Positions 1 through 6,838 of a stretch of DNA of 64,000 bases are shown here, piece after piece. The notes below the pieces were generated by a model. That model did not search any database, had not been told where the DNA came from, and saw nothing but the letters and a program-made list of their open reading frames with translations. Positions within the stretch are counted from its first letter, which is position 1. Each line of letters begins with the position of its first letter. The stretch is from an uncultured Oscillospiraceae bacterium (GTDB lineage Bacteria; Bacillota; Clostridia; Christensenellales; CAG-138): NCBI GenBank assembly GCA_964447605.1, contig CAYUTA010000007.1, positions 1,284 to 65,283 on the forward strand, in the 5' to 3' direction. A program made the position numbers and the translations under genes.

Positions 1-305
1 ATATTCGTAAACAGTAAAAGGGCGGCTGAAACGATGGCGACAAGTCCAACCGCGCACAGCGCGATCTTTCGGGCGCGTTCCCCTTGAAAGAGCTTGCGAA
101 GCAGCGAAAAAGAGAGGAAGCCCAAAGCGGTACAGGCGATACCGACGGAATAGACCGTATTGACGGCCGACGCGCCCAAGAGCTCCCCCGCCCGGTCGTT
201 GACGGTAAACTCCGTAAGCTGAAAGGCAAAAAAGCACAGGGCAAAACAAAGCCCCTGTATCAGCATGGGCTTTGTTAATTTCCCCCGTCGTTCTTTTGTA
301 ATCAT
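1..305 (-). CDS. N-terminal part of a multi-pass membrane protein running off the window (possibly a membrane-anchored LuxR-type regulator)
   Basis: Hand translation MITKERRGKLTKPMLIQGLCFALCFFAFQLTEFTVNDRAGELLGASAVNTVYSVGIACTALGFLSFSLLRKLFQGERARKIALCAVGLVAIVSAALLLFTN...; open to the window edge, three hydrophobic helices, GAGGGG RBS before ATG 305. Not in the ORF track. The LuxR assignment is a guess. Confidence 0.7.
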   Translation of the reverse strand, partial: MITKERRGKLTKPMLIQGLCFALCFFAFQLTEFTVNDRAGELLGASAVNTVYSVGIACTALGFLSFSLLRKLFQGERARKIALCAVGLVAIVSAALLLFTN

Positions 306-345
306 GCCATATCCCCTCGCTTCGTGCCGGTTTCAAAACCGCCGC

Positions 346-525
346 TTATTTTCGCTTTCCGCGCTGTTTCCGCATGTCATCGGGCTTGACCGCGTCTTTG
401 GGTATCAGCCACATACGCCCCATGCGGACAGCCCCACGAATACGGCCTTCCACGCACAGCTTTTGCACTCTGCGCTCCGACAAGTTCCATGCTTTTGCGG
501 CGTTCTGCACCGAAATAACGTCCAC
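346..525 (-). CDS. Small excisionase-like (HTH_17/MerR-like) DNA-binding protein, 59 aa
   Basis: Hand translation MDVISVQNAAKAWNLSERRVQKLCVEGRIRGAVRMGRMWLIPKDAVKPDDMRKQRGKRK*; typical 'AA..W.LSERRV..LC..GRI.GA...G..WLIP' pattern; GGGAGG RBS, GTG start. Below the ORF-track cutoff. Confidence 0.85.
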   Translation of the reverse strand: MDVISVQNAAKAWNLSERRVQKLCVEGRIRGAVRMGRMWLIPKDAVKPDDMRKQRGKRK

Positions 526-560
526 CCAACGCGCCTCCCTTATGTAACGGTAACGCTTAT

Positions 561-589
561 ATTATAGACGCTCAACCGAACAAATGCAA
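561..589 (-). promoter_or_regulatory. sigmaA-type promoter for the HTH gene
   Basis: Minus strand TTGCAT-N17-TATAAT, about 35 nt upstream of the GTG. Confidence 0.65.
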
Positions 590-638
590 TCGTGTACGGC
601 AAGGTGATCTGCACACGCTTTCCGGGGTTCCGCAACCT

Positions 639-836
639 TTATCCTTTCTCGGTATCCGCCGCTTTCTCCCGTTCCGCTTTCCATGCGGCAAACTCCCGCT
701 GCCCCTTCTCGCTTTCAAAATACGCCCGTATCAGCGGCAGGGCACAGCGGGCTAACGATTCAATTACATGATCGGGAATCTTCTGCTTTGCCTTGTCCGG
801 CGGGTGTGTGTTCTGGTCGTTCCTCTCTTTGCTCAT
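639..836 (-). CDS. Small hypothetical protein of the kind seen in clostridial integrative/mobilisable elements
   Basis: MSKERNDQ...IPDHVIESLARCALPLIRAYFESEKGQREFAAWKAERE; GGAGG RBS before ATG 836. The mobile-element association is from recollection of similar proteins. Confidence 0.65.
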   Translation of the reverse strand: MSKERNDQNTHPPDKAKQKIPDHVIESLARCALPLIRAYFESEKGQREFAAWKAEREKAADTEKG

Positions 837-920
837 TGTACCTCCGTATTCACTTTTCAACGACACATGAAAAGCGAATCACAGTCGGGGATGAAAATAA
901 GGGAACGGAAGGATGCAGGC

Positions 921-1262
921 ATGATAGCATGGGCATCCAACCTCAGCCCCGCAAGCGAGGAATACGAAGCGCTTGTTGCAGAGCGTGTGGAAATGCTGCG
1001 CGCCGCCAACCCAGATATGAATAAAGCGACGATCCCGGTGGAGCTCGTCACCTGCTCCGGCAGCGGGCTTGACCCACACATTTCCCCGGCTGCCGCAGAA
1101 TACCAGGTTGCAAGAATTGCCAGGGCAACCGGTATGACGGAGAATGAAATCCGTACGATCATCGAAAAGTGCACGGCTGGAAGGTTCCTCGGCATCTTCG
1201 GAGAGGAGACGGTTGACGTGCTCAAGACCAACCTGATGCTGGACGGCATTCTGGAGAGTTAG
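921..1262 (+). pseudogene. kdpC: 5'-truncated kdpC (K+-transporting ATPase subunit C)
   Basis: ASNLSPAS...IPVELVTCSGSGLDPHISPAAAEYQVARIA...RFLGIFGEETVDVLKTNLMLD is the KdpC C-terminal half; the N-terminal TM anchor and kdpA/kdpB are absent. Confidence 0.85.
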
Positions 1263-1263
1263 C

Positions 1264-1422
1264 TTGAATATCGCCAGGATCATGATACCCAGGGTAAGCA
1301 CCGTGTTTCTCCATGAAAAGAGCGCCGTCCGGCAGGGGCTTGAGCTTATGAAACATCATGGGTACACTGCGATTCCCGTGCTTGACGAGGCGGAGTCATA
1401 CATCGGCAGCGTTTCGGAAGGG
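1264..1422 (+). pseudogene. CBS-domain protein fragment
   Basis: MNIARIMIPRVSTVFLHEKSAVRQGLELMKHHGYTAIPVLDEAESYIGSVSEG is one CBS repeat that stops abruptly before the usual 'D(F/L)L'. Confidence 0.75.
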
Positions 1423-1800
1423 GCTGTTCTGCGCATCGCATTTGCGGATCCGCTCATTGCCGGAGCCGTCGCAGGGGCTTTGCACTGGCTTTCCAGAAAG
1501 CATCCGGATGTTGTGGTCGTGCTCTACACAGGCGATATGGAGGCGATATGGAGGCGATATGGAAACGGCTGCGGCAGAAACGGGTTGACGTCGCCTTCCT
1601 GACGTCGGACGCGGATACGGAGCGTTTTGCCGGATATGGTATGCGTTGTGCGCGGTTGCGGCAGACCGGCGTTTTGGCAGAGCAGATCGGCCTGCCTCTC
1701 ATGCCGCTGAGACGGGAACGTATTATGCAGCGCATCCTGTGGCGGGAGGACGCCTGCGGGGGCATAGCCGGCGAGCTTGTCGGCAGCGTCGTCGCACGGT
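1423..1800 (+). pseudogene. LysR-type substrate-binding domain fragment, frameshifted
   Basis: VLRIAFADPLIAGAVAGALHWLSRKHPDVVVVLYTGDMEAIW / KRLRQKRVDVAFLT; the frame is broken by an 11-nt tandem repeat. Confidence 0.55.
1530..1562 (+). repeat. Three perfect copies of the 11-mer AGGCGATATGG
   Basis: Read directly at 1530-1540, 1541-1551 and 1552-1562. Confidence 0.95.
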
Positions 1801-1804
1801 CACG

Positions 1805-2021
1805 CTGCTCTGCCTGCTTGCCAAAAATGCAAAATGTTGGTAAAGTCTTGACGCATACCTTCATCACGCAGAAGATCTGGGGCAGCAGTTGGGACAACGA
1901 CATTGCCTCGCTCCGCGTTTTTATGGCAACGCTGCGTAAAAAGCTTGAGAGCGGGCCGGACTCCCCGCAATATATTCAGACCCATATCGGCGTCGGGTAC
2001 CGGATGATGAAGGTGGAGTGA
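1805..2021 (+). pseudogene. kdpE: C-terminal winged-helix fragment of KdpE response regulator
   Basis: LLCLLAKN / VGKVLTHTFITQKIWGSSWDNDIASLRVFMATLRKKLESGPDSPQYIQTHIGVGYRM; no receiver domain; 7-nt insertion at 1830-1836. Confidence 0.85.
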
Positions 2022-2079
2022 ACCAAAAAACCGGCTTCGGCGCCGGACCGGACGTTTTCTTATGCAGGAGGGATACTAA

Positions 2080-3279
2080 ATGATTGAAATCAAAGGAAAG
2101 GTAAGCACGGCGCTCTGCTTCGCCAAGGTGGTAGAGGACGAGGCGATAGAGCAGATTCGCAGGATGTGCGACTATGAATTTACGGAGGGCAGCCGCATCC
2201 GCATTATGCCGGATGTTCATGCAGGCAAGGGCTGCACCATTGGTACGACTATGACCGTGCATGATAAGGCGGTGCCGAATATCGTTGGTGTGGACATCGG
2301 CTGCGGAATGTATACGGTTCGGCTGGGCTCCATTGATATAGACTTGGAGAAGATGGACGCTGCCGCACATTATGTTCCCTCCGGCATGAACGTATGGGAA
2401 GGTCGGCAGGAGCATTTTGACCTTGCAGGGCTTCGCTGCTTCAGAAGTCTGAAGGATTCAAAGCGGCTTGAACGAAGCCTTGGCACCCTGGGCGGCGGAA
2501 ACCACTTTATCGAGGTGGACAAAGCTGCTGATGGCACCCTGTATCTTGTAATCCACAGCGGCAGCCGAAACCTTGGCAAGCAAGTGGCGGAGCATTATCA
2601 ACGGCTTGCCGTTGATCTGAACAGGGGCATGGAAACGCTCTTTACAAGGCGGGCCGCCGTCATTGCCGAATATAAGGCGTCGGGAAGACGTGCCGAAATC
2701 CAAGCGGCGCTGAAAGCCTTGAGCTGGAGCGCAAAGGAGGCCACGCTGCCCGAAGACCTCTGCTTTGTTTACGGCTCCTATTTTATAGACTACCTGCATG
2801 ATGTCGGTATCTGCCAGCGGTTTGCAAAACGCAATCGTGAGAAGATAGCGGAAGTCTTGCTTTCAGGAACGGGTCTTATCGGAGGGGATGCGTTCCACAC
2901 CATCCACAACTATATCGACACCGATGAGATGATTTTGAGGAAGGGCGCTATCGCGGCCCACAAGGGTGAGAGGGTTTTGATTCCGATCAATATGCGGGAC
3001 GGCAGCGTCCTGGCGGTCGGCAGGGGCAATCCCGACTGGAACTACTCTGCCCCTCACGGCGCGGGAAGAATCATGTCCCGTACCAAGGCCCGGGAAACCT
3101 TGCATATGGAGGAATACGTAAAAACGATGGAGGGCATATACACCACCTCCGTCAGCGAGGCTACCATTGATGAAGCGCCCATGGCATATAAATCGCTTTC
3201 GGACATCATTGACGTCATAAGCGAAGCCGTGGACATCATCGATGTTATGAAGCCCATCTATAATTTTAAGGCGAATTGA
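2080..3279 (+). CDS. rtcB: RtcB-family RNA ligase
   Basis: Motifs PDVHAGKG, GVDIGCG, LGGGNHF, HSGSR, HNY, RKGA, PHGAGR and DEAPMAYK are all intact; AGGAGG RBS. Confidence 0.95.
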   Translation: MIEIKGKVSTALCFAKVVEDEAIEQIRRMCDYEFTEGSRIRIMPDVHAGKGCTIGTTMTVHDKAVPNIVGVDIGCGMYTVRLGSIDIDLEKMDAAAHYVPSGMNVWEGRQEHFDLAGLRCFRSLKDSKRLERSLGTLGGGNHFIEVDKAADGTLYLVIHSGSRNLGKQVAEHYQRLAVDLNRGMETLFTRRAAVIAEYKASGRRAEIQAALKALSWSAKEATLPEDLCFVYGSYFIDYLHDVGICQRFAKRNREKIAEVLLSGTGLIGGDAFHTIHNYIDTDEMILRKGAIAAHKGERVLIPINMRDGSVLAVGRGNPDWNYSAPHGAGRIMSRTKARETLHMEEYVKTMEGIYTTSVSEATIDEAPMAYKSLSDIIDVISEAVDIIDVMKPIYNFKAN

Positions 3280-3372
3280 GCCTCTGCCTTTTTGGCTCAT
3301 GCCGCCTTGGAGATGAAAATGATGATGAACATTCCGAGGTGCTTTTGTATCAAAATATGCGTGATGCTCCAC

Positions 3373-3400
3373 GTCGGAGCAAAGCGAACTTTGCTCCGAC
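3373..3400. repeat. Perfect 12-bp inverted repeat (hairpin) between convergent rtcB and coat genes
   Basis: GTCGGAGCAAAG-cgaa-CTTTGCTCCGAC; no U-tract on either side. Confidence 0.85.
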
Positions 3401-3446
3401 ATGCGGACCCGAGGGGATTCGAGTCCATGCTTTTCCAACGCTATGC

Positions 3447-3701
3447 TCACATAGCGCCCTGCGCGCTAAACTTCTGTTTTACAGAACTCATTTTGCTTTG
3501 ATCCGCCTGCTCGGTGGGGTACCATCCCTTTGCGGCCATCTTGTCGTAAATGGTATCCTGCATGCACAGCGCCTCGTTCAGCGCGTCGCTGAACGTGCTG
3601 TGTACGTCTTGCGAAGAGGATTCGATCGTTCCATGCATGAATAAATCGCAAACGCCCTTCTCCAAAAGGAGAATGTTTTCCATCAGGTTCTTGTCGTCCA
3701 T
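3447..3701 (-). CDS. Coat F-domain spore coat protein
   Basis: MDDKNLMENILLLEKGVCDLFMHGTIESS...MQDTIYDKMAAKGWYP; AAAGGAG RBS. Confidence 0.85.
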   Translation of the reverse strand: MDDKNLMENILLLEKGVCDLFMHGTIESSSQDVHSTFSDALNEALCMQDTIYDKMAAKGWYPTEQADQSKMSSVKQKFSAQGAM

Positions 3702-3722
3702 TGTTGTTTCTCCTTTCATCAA

Positions 3723-3896
3723 TTAAAGTAAGCCGTAGAAGCTCTGGAAAATCTGCTGGTGCTTCTGCGCCATCTGCTCGACGCAGGCCCTCAGGTCCTC
3801 GTCCTGAATCTGCCTTGCCGTTTCCCGGCACTTGGCCTGAAAGTACTTTTCGTGGCCCAGCGCGTCTTCGACATATAAAAGTTCTTTTGTCGTCAT
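3723..3896 (-). CDS. Small spore-coat-associated partner protein, 57 aa
   Basis: Hand translation MTTKELLYVEDALGHEKYFQAKCRETARQIQDEDLRACVEQMAQKHQQIFQSFYGLL*; AGGAGG RBS; usual neighbour of Coat F genes. Not in the ORF track. Confidence 0.8.
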   Translation of the reverse strand: MTTKELLYVEDALGHEKYFQAKCRETARQIQDEDLRACVEQMAQKHQQIFQSFYGLL

Positions 3897-3930
3897 GGGT
3901 TTCTTGCCTCCTACAGTTTGATTTCCACTA

Positions 3931-3959
3931 TATTTTGTGATTTTTATCCTGTATTATGC
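3931..3959 (-). promoter_or_regulatory. sigmaG/F-type sporulation promoter for the coat gene pair
   Basis: Minus strand GCATA-N17-CAAAATA. Confidence 0.55.
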
Positions 3960-4092
3960 GCAATTCCATCTGATGATTTTTTGCCGCGCGCTGTTCGTTC
4001 CAAAGAAGAATATCATATATGCCGCTCCCGGTGATTTTCTCATCCTCCTGCGCGATGCTGAACGGCGGGTAAAATGGGCTGGATCTCGTGCT

Positions 4093-4185
4093 TCATCCCC
4101 TTATTTGGTCTGAAACCAAGCGTTTATAAGGACAAAACCATACTTTGCTTTGAAAAAACAAGCTCGGATCCTTTAAAAAGTTCAT
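4093..4185 (-). CDS. Putative 30-aa small ORF
   Basis: MNFLKDPSLFFQSKVWFCPYKRLVSDQIRG*, preceded by a strong AAAAGGAGG RBS; no family recognised. Confidence 0.35.
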   Translation of the reverse strand: MNFLKDPSLFFQSKVWFCPYKRLVSDQIRG

Positions 4186-4234
4186 GCGCGCGCCTCCTTT
4201 TACGCCTCCCTCTTGCAAACGGCACACGCACGCC

Positions 4235-4316
4235 GCCCGCGTCCTTATAAGCGCAGGCGCTTAACCGACAAACCCATAAACGCGGGTTCCTGATGTGACA
4301 GGAATTCATCCAGGGC
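4235..4316 (-). ncRNA. Candidate structured leader RNA (multi-stem junction), family not recognised
   Basis: Minus strand: GCCC..GGGC closing three hairpins, UUCCUG/CAGGAA, ACCC/GGGU and UAAGCG/CGCUUA; TATAAT 6 nt upstream. Confidence 0.45.
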
Positions 4317-4529
4317 ATATCGATTATAATATTTTGATTGCGGCGCAGGGCTTTTTCGGCATGTATGTTTAAAGCGGCTTCGGCATTTCATATCGCATCG
4401 TTCCTTGATACCGTGCTCTTTGTATGATAAACAATTGCGGTTTTGCAGAATGCCGGGCTGAAAATCGAGGGGTGGGAGGGTGCGCACGCCAAATGGGAAT
4501 GCCGCGGGAAACCGACTGTGCCGGCACGG

Positions 4530-4690
4530 GGCGCGAAAAACCGAATCAACAGAAGGTCGCCTGCGCGTCTATGCTGCTGTATGTTAGCGGCATCGCCGAT
4601 GATTTTCATGATATCGACCTGATGATTTCAGAACGCGATGTGAAAACGGTCGGGCGCATCCTGTCATCGCCCGGAAACATGCGGGGCTCC
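4530..4690 (+). pseudogene. Remnant of a nucleotidyltransferase-fold protein
   Basis: ...ASMLLYVSGIADDFHDIDLMISERDVKTVGRIL resembles the (G)AS...DxD motif of minimal nucleotidyltransferases; no credible start and no C-terminal half. Confidence 0.5.
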
Positions 4691-4700
4691 CCGGTCCGTA

Positions 4701-4730
4701 TTGACTTTTCCCCGGAGCGGGTGTTATCCT
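4701..4730 (+). promoter_or_regulatory. sigmaA-type promoter for the yqeC cluster
   Basis: TTGACT-N18-TATCCT with TGn extended -10. Confidence 0.5.
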
Positions 4731-4753
4731 CATAAAGGGAGAACGCGCTATTT

Positions 4754-5470
4754 ATGAAACCGTTTTTTTTGGATAAGCACCCCCTGTGCGTCGCATTGGC
4801 CATCCGTACGGGCGTGACTGCATTGGTCGGCGGGGGTGGTAAGACCAGCGCCATGCTTCGCCTTGCAGGGGAGCTTTCCTTGCACGGCAGCGTCATCGTT
4901 ACGACGACAACGCATATCTGGCCACCCGAATCCATGCCTGTGTTGCTTGCGCCAGACGAAGCGGACGTCCGCGCGGCGCTATGTGCCTTGCCGGCGGTCT
5001 GCGTCGGTTCGCCCGCTGAGGACGGCAAGCTGAAAGCGCCGGCACTGGATATGGAGACGCTGCGGGCGCTGGCCGATTATGTGCTTGTGGAAGCGGACGG
5101 CGCGAAGGGGCGGCCGCTCAAGGCGCCCGCCGCGCACGAGCCTGTGATTCCGGCCTGCACAGGCTGTGTGATCGCCGTTGCCGGACTGGATGGCATCGGC
5201 AGACCGATTTTTGAAAACGTATTTCGCCCGGAGCTGTATGCCGCGCTGCTGGACGCCGGTATGGAGCACGTTGTTACGCCGGAGGACGTTGCGCGGGTTC
5301 TCTGCAGCGGCGAGGGCCAGCTTAAGGGAGTCCGCACGGATATGCGCTTTTGCGTACTGCTGAACAAGGCCGACGATGCGGCGCGCATTGCGATGGCCCG
5401 GGAGGTTTGCGCGCGGCTCGGGCCGCAGACGGTTGAGCGGGCGGTCGTCGCCCGTTTGCAGGCGGGCTAA
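4754..5470 (+). CDS. yqeC: Selenium cofactor biosynthesis protein YqeC
   Basis: ALVGGGGKTS, VTTTTHI and LVEADGAKGRPLKAPAAHEPVIP motifs; linked to yqeB and selD. Confidence 0.92.
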   Translation: MKPFFLDKHPLCVALAIRTGVTALVGGGGKTSAMLRLAGELSLHGSVIVTTTTHIWPPESMPVLLAPDEADVRAALCALPAVCVGSPAEDGKLKAPALDMETLRALADYVLVEADGAKGRPLKAPAAHEPVIPACTGCVIAVAGLDGIGRPIFENVFRPELYAALLDAGMEHVVTPEDVARVLCSGEGQLKGVRTDMRFCVLLNKADDAARIAMAREVCARLGPQTVERAVVARLQAG

Positions 5471-5490
5471 AAAATCAAGGGAGACATGCG

Positions 5491-5991
5491 ATGGCTGAAT
5501 GCTATACCGGCGTCAACTCGCGGTTGATCGACCGCCGGGTTGCGGAGGGCGGGGAATGGGGTCAACCCATTTCCCACGAGGAATTTATGCGCGCAAAGTC
5601 GGACGAATGGTCGCTTCTGCTTACGCCCACTAAACCGGTTCCGCCGGATTGGTTCTGTCCGTTGCAGAGTGCGCGGGTGCTGGGGCTGGCTTCGGGCGGC
5701 GGGATTTTGCTTGCGGGGCTGGATAACGGCATTTCCTATGCGTTTGACGAAGACGCGCGGCAACTTGTCCGCAGCCTGCCGTTCAACCCGCTCAAAGACG
5801 CGGCATTGTATGAGGAGAGTGTTGCAAACGACTGGGGAATTCAGTTTTCGCACACCATTGAGGAGCAGGTGGGCGGCCAGTTGCGCGCGGGATTTATGCT
5901 GACGGACATTTTTCAGGATACCTCGGGAAGCGGCGGACTGCATGCGTGCGGCGTTCCAGCCTATTTTGCCACGCGCGCGGTCAGGCCCTAA
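5491..5991 (+). pseudogene. Class I SAM-dependent methyltransferase with an internal in-frame deletion
   Basis: Motif I VLGLASGGG is joined directly to ILLAGLDNG; the central Rossmann strands are missing. Confidence 0.75.
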
Positions 5992-6044
5992 GCGGCAGGG
6001 GTCTCCCGCATCAAATTATCTGTATCTGGGAAAGGGTGATTGAA

Positions 6045-6833
6045 ATGCTGGTTCTTATCCGCGGCGCAGGCGATCTTGCCAGCGGCGTTGCCTACCGGCT
6101 GCACCGCTGCGGCTATCGCGTCGCCATGACGGATTTGCCGCAGCCCACGTCCATCCGCCGCACGATTTGTTTTTCCGAGGCGATTTTGCATGGCGAGGCC
6201 ACGGTCGAGGGCATCACGGCGCGCTTTGCAAAAAATGTGAAGTGGGCGCAGGCAATTATGACCGCAGGCGGGATCGCCGTGCTTACCGATCCGGACGCCG
6301 CATGCCTTGCCGCGCTCCGGCCGGATGCGGTTGTGGATGCAATACTGGCCAAGCGGAACCTCGGTACGCGCATCACCGACGCGCCCATCGTCGTCGGGCT
6401 CGGGCCGGGCTTTTCCGCCGGGGCGGACTGCCATGCGGTTGTCGAGACCATGCGCGGGCATACGCTTGGCCGGGTGCATTATGCGGGCACGGCGCTGCCC
6501 AATACGGGCGCGCCGGGCAGCATTGGCGGCTTCACGCTCGAACGGATCCTGCGCGCGCCGTGCGACGGCGTATTCCGGGGTGTCAGGCAGATTGGCGATA
6601 CGGTGGAAGCCGGAGATATCTGCGCGTATGTGGACGGTCAGCCGCTGCCCGCGGCGATTCGCGGCGTGCTGCGCGGGCTGTTGCCGGACGGGATCGCGGT
6701 GCGTGCGGGTATGAAAAGCGGCGACATCGACCCGCGCTGCGCGGTGGAGCATTGCTACCAGGTTTCCGACAAGGCGCTGGCCATCGCGGGCGGCGTGCTG
6801 GAGGCCATCTTACATTTTTCAAAGGATGGATGA
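6045..6833 (+). CDS. yqeB: Selenium-dependent molybdenum hydroxylase system protein YqeB (EF2563 family)
   Basis: MLVLIRGAGDLASG, DAILAKRNLGT, ETMRGHTLG and GDIDPR...SDKALAIAGGVLEA. Confidence 0.93.
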   Translation: MLVLIRGAGDLASGVAYRLHRCGYRVAMTDLPQPTSIRRTICFSEAILHGEATVEGITARFAKNVKWAQAIMTAGGIAVLTDPDAACLAALRPDAVVDAILAKRNLGTRITDAPIVVGLGPGFSAGADCHAVVETMRGHTLGRVHYAGTALPNTGAPGSIGGFTLERILRAPCDGVFRGVRQIGDTVEAGDICAYVDGQPLPAAIRGVLRGLLPDGIAVRAGMKSGDIDPRCAVEHCYQVSDKALAIAGGVLEAILHFSKDG

Positions 6834-6838
6834 CGCAT

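Noticed and set aside
3402-3426. tRNA gene
   Set aside because: Only a T-loop/acceptor-like 3' piece; no D or anticodon arm and no CCA. Reported as a possible att scar instead.
4200-4330. Possible 6S RNA (TTAACCGACA and GCGGGTTC words)
   Set aside because: Too short and multi-branched; lacks the long rod with a central bubble.
6167-6838. 224-codon open extension upstream of selD overlapping yqeB (possible YqeB-SelD frameshift fusion; A-AAA-AAT near 6230)
   Set aside because: The extension is R/G/A-rich alternate-frame sequence typical of GC-rich genes, and both genes have their own starts and complete domains.
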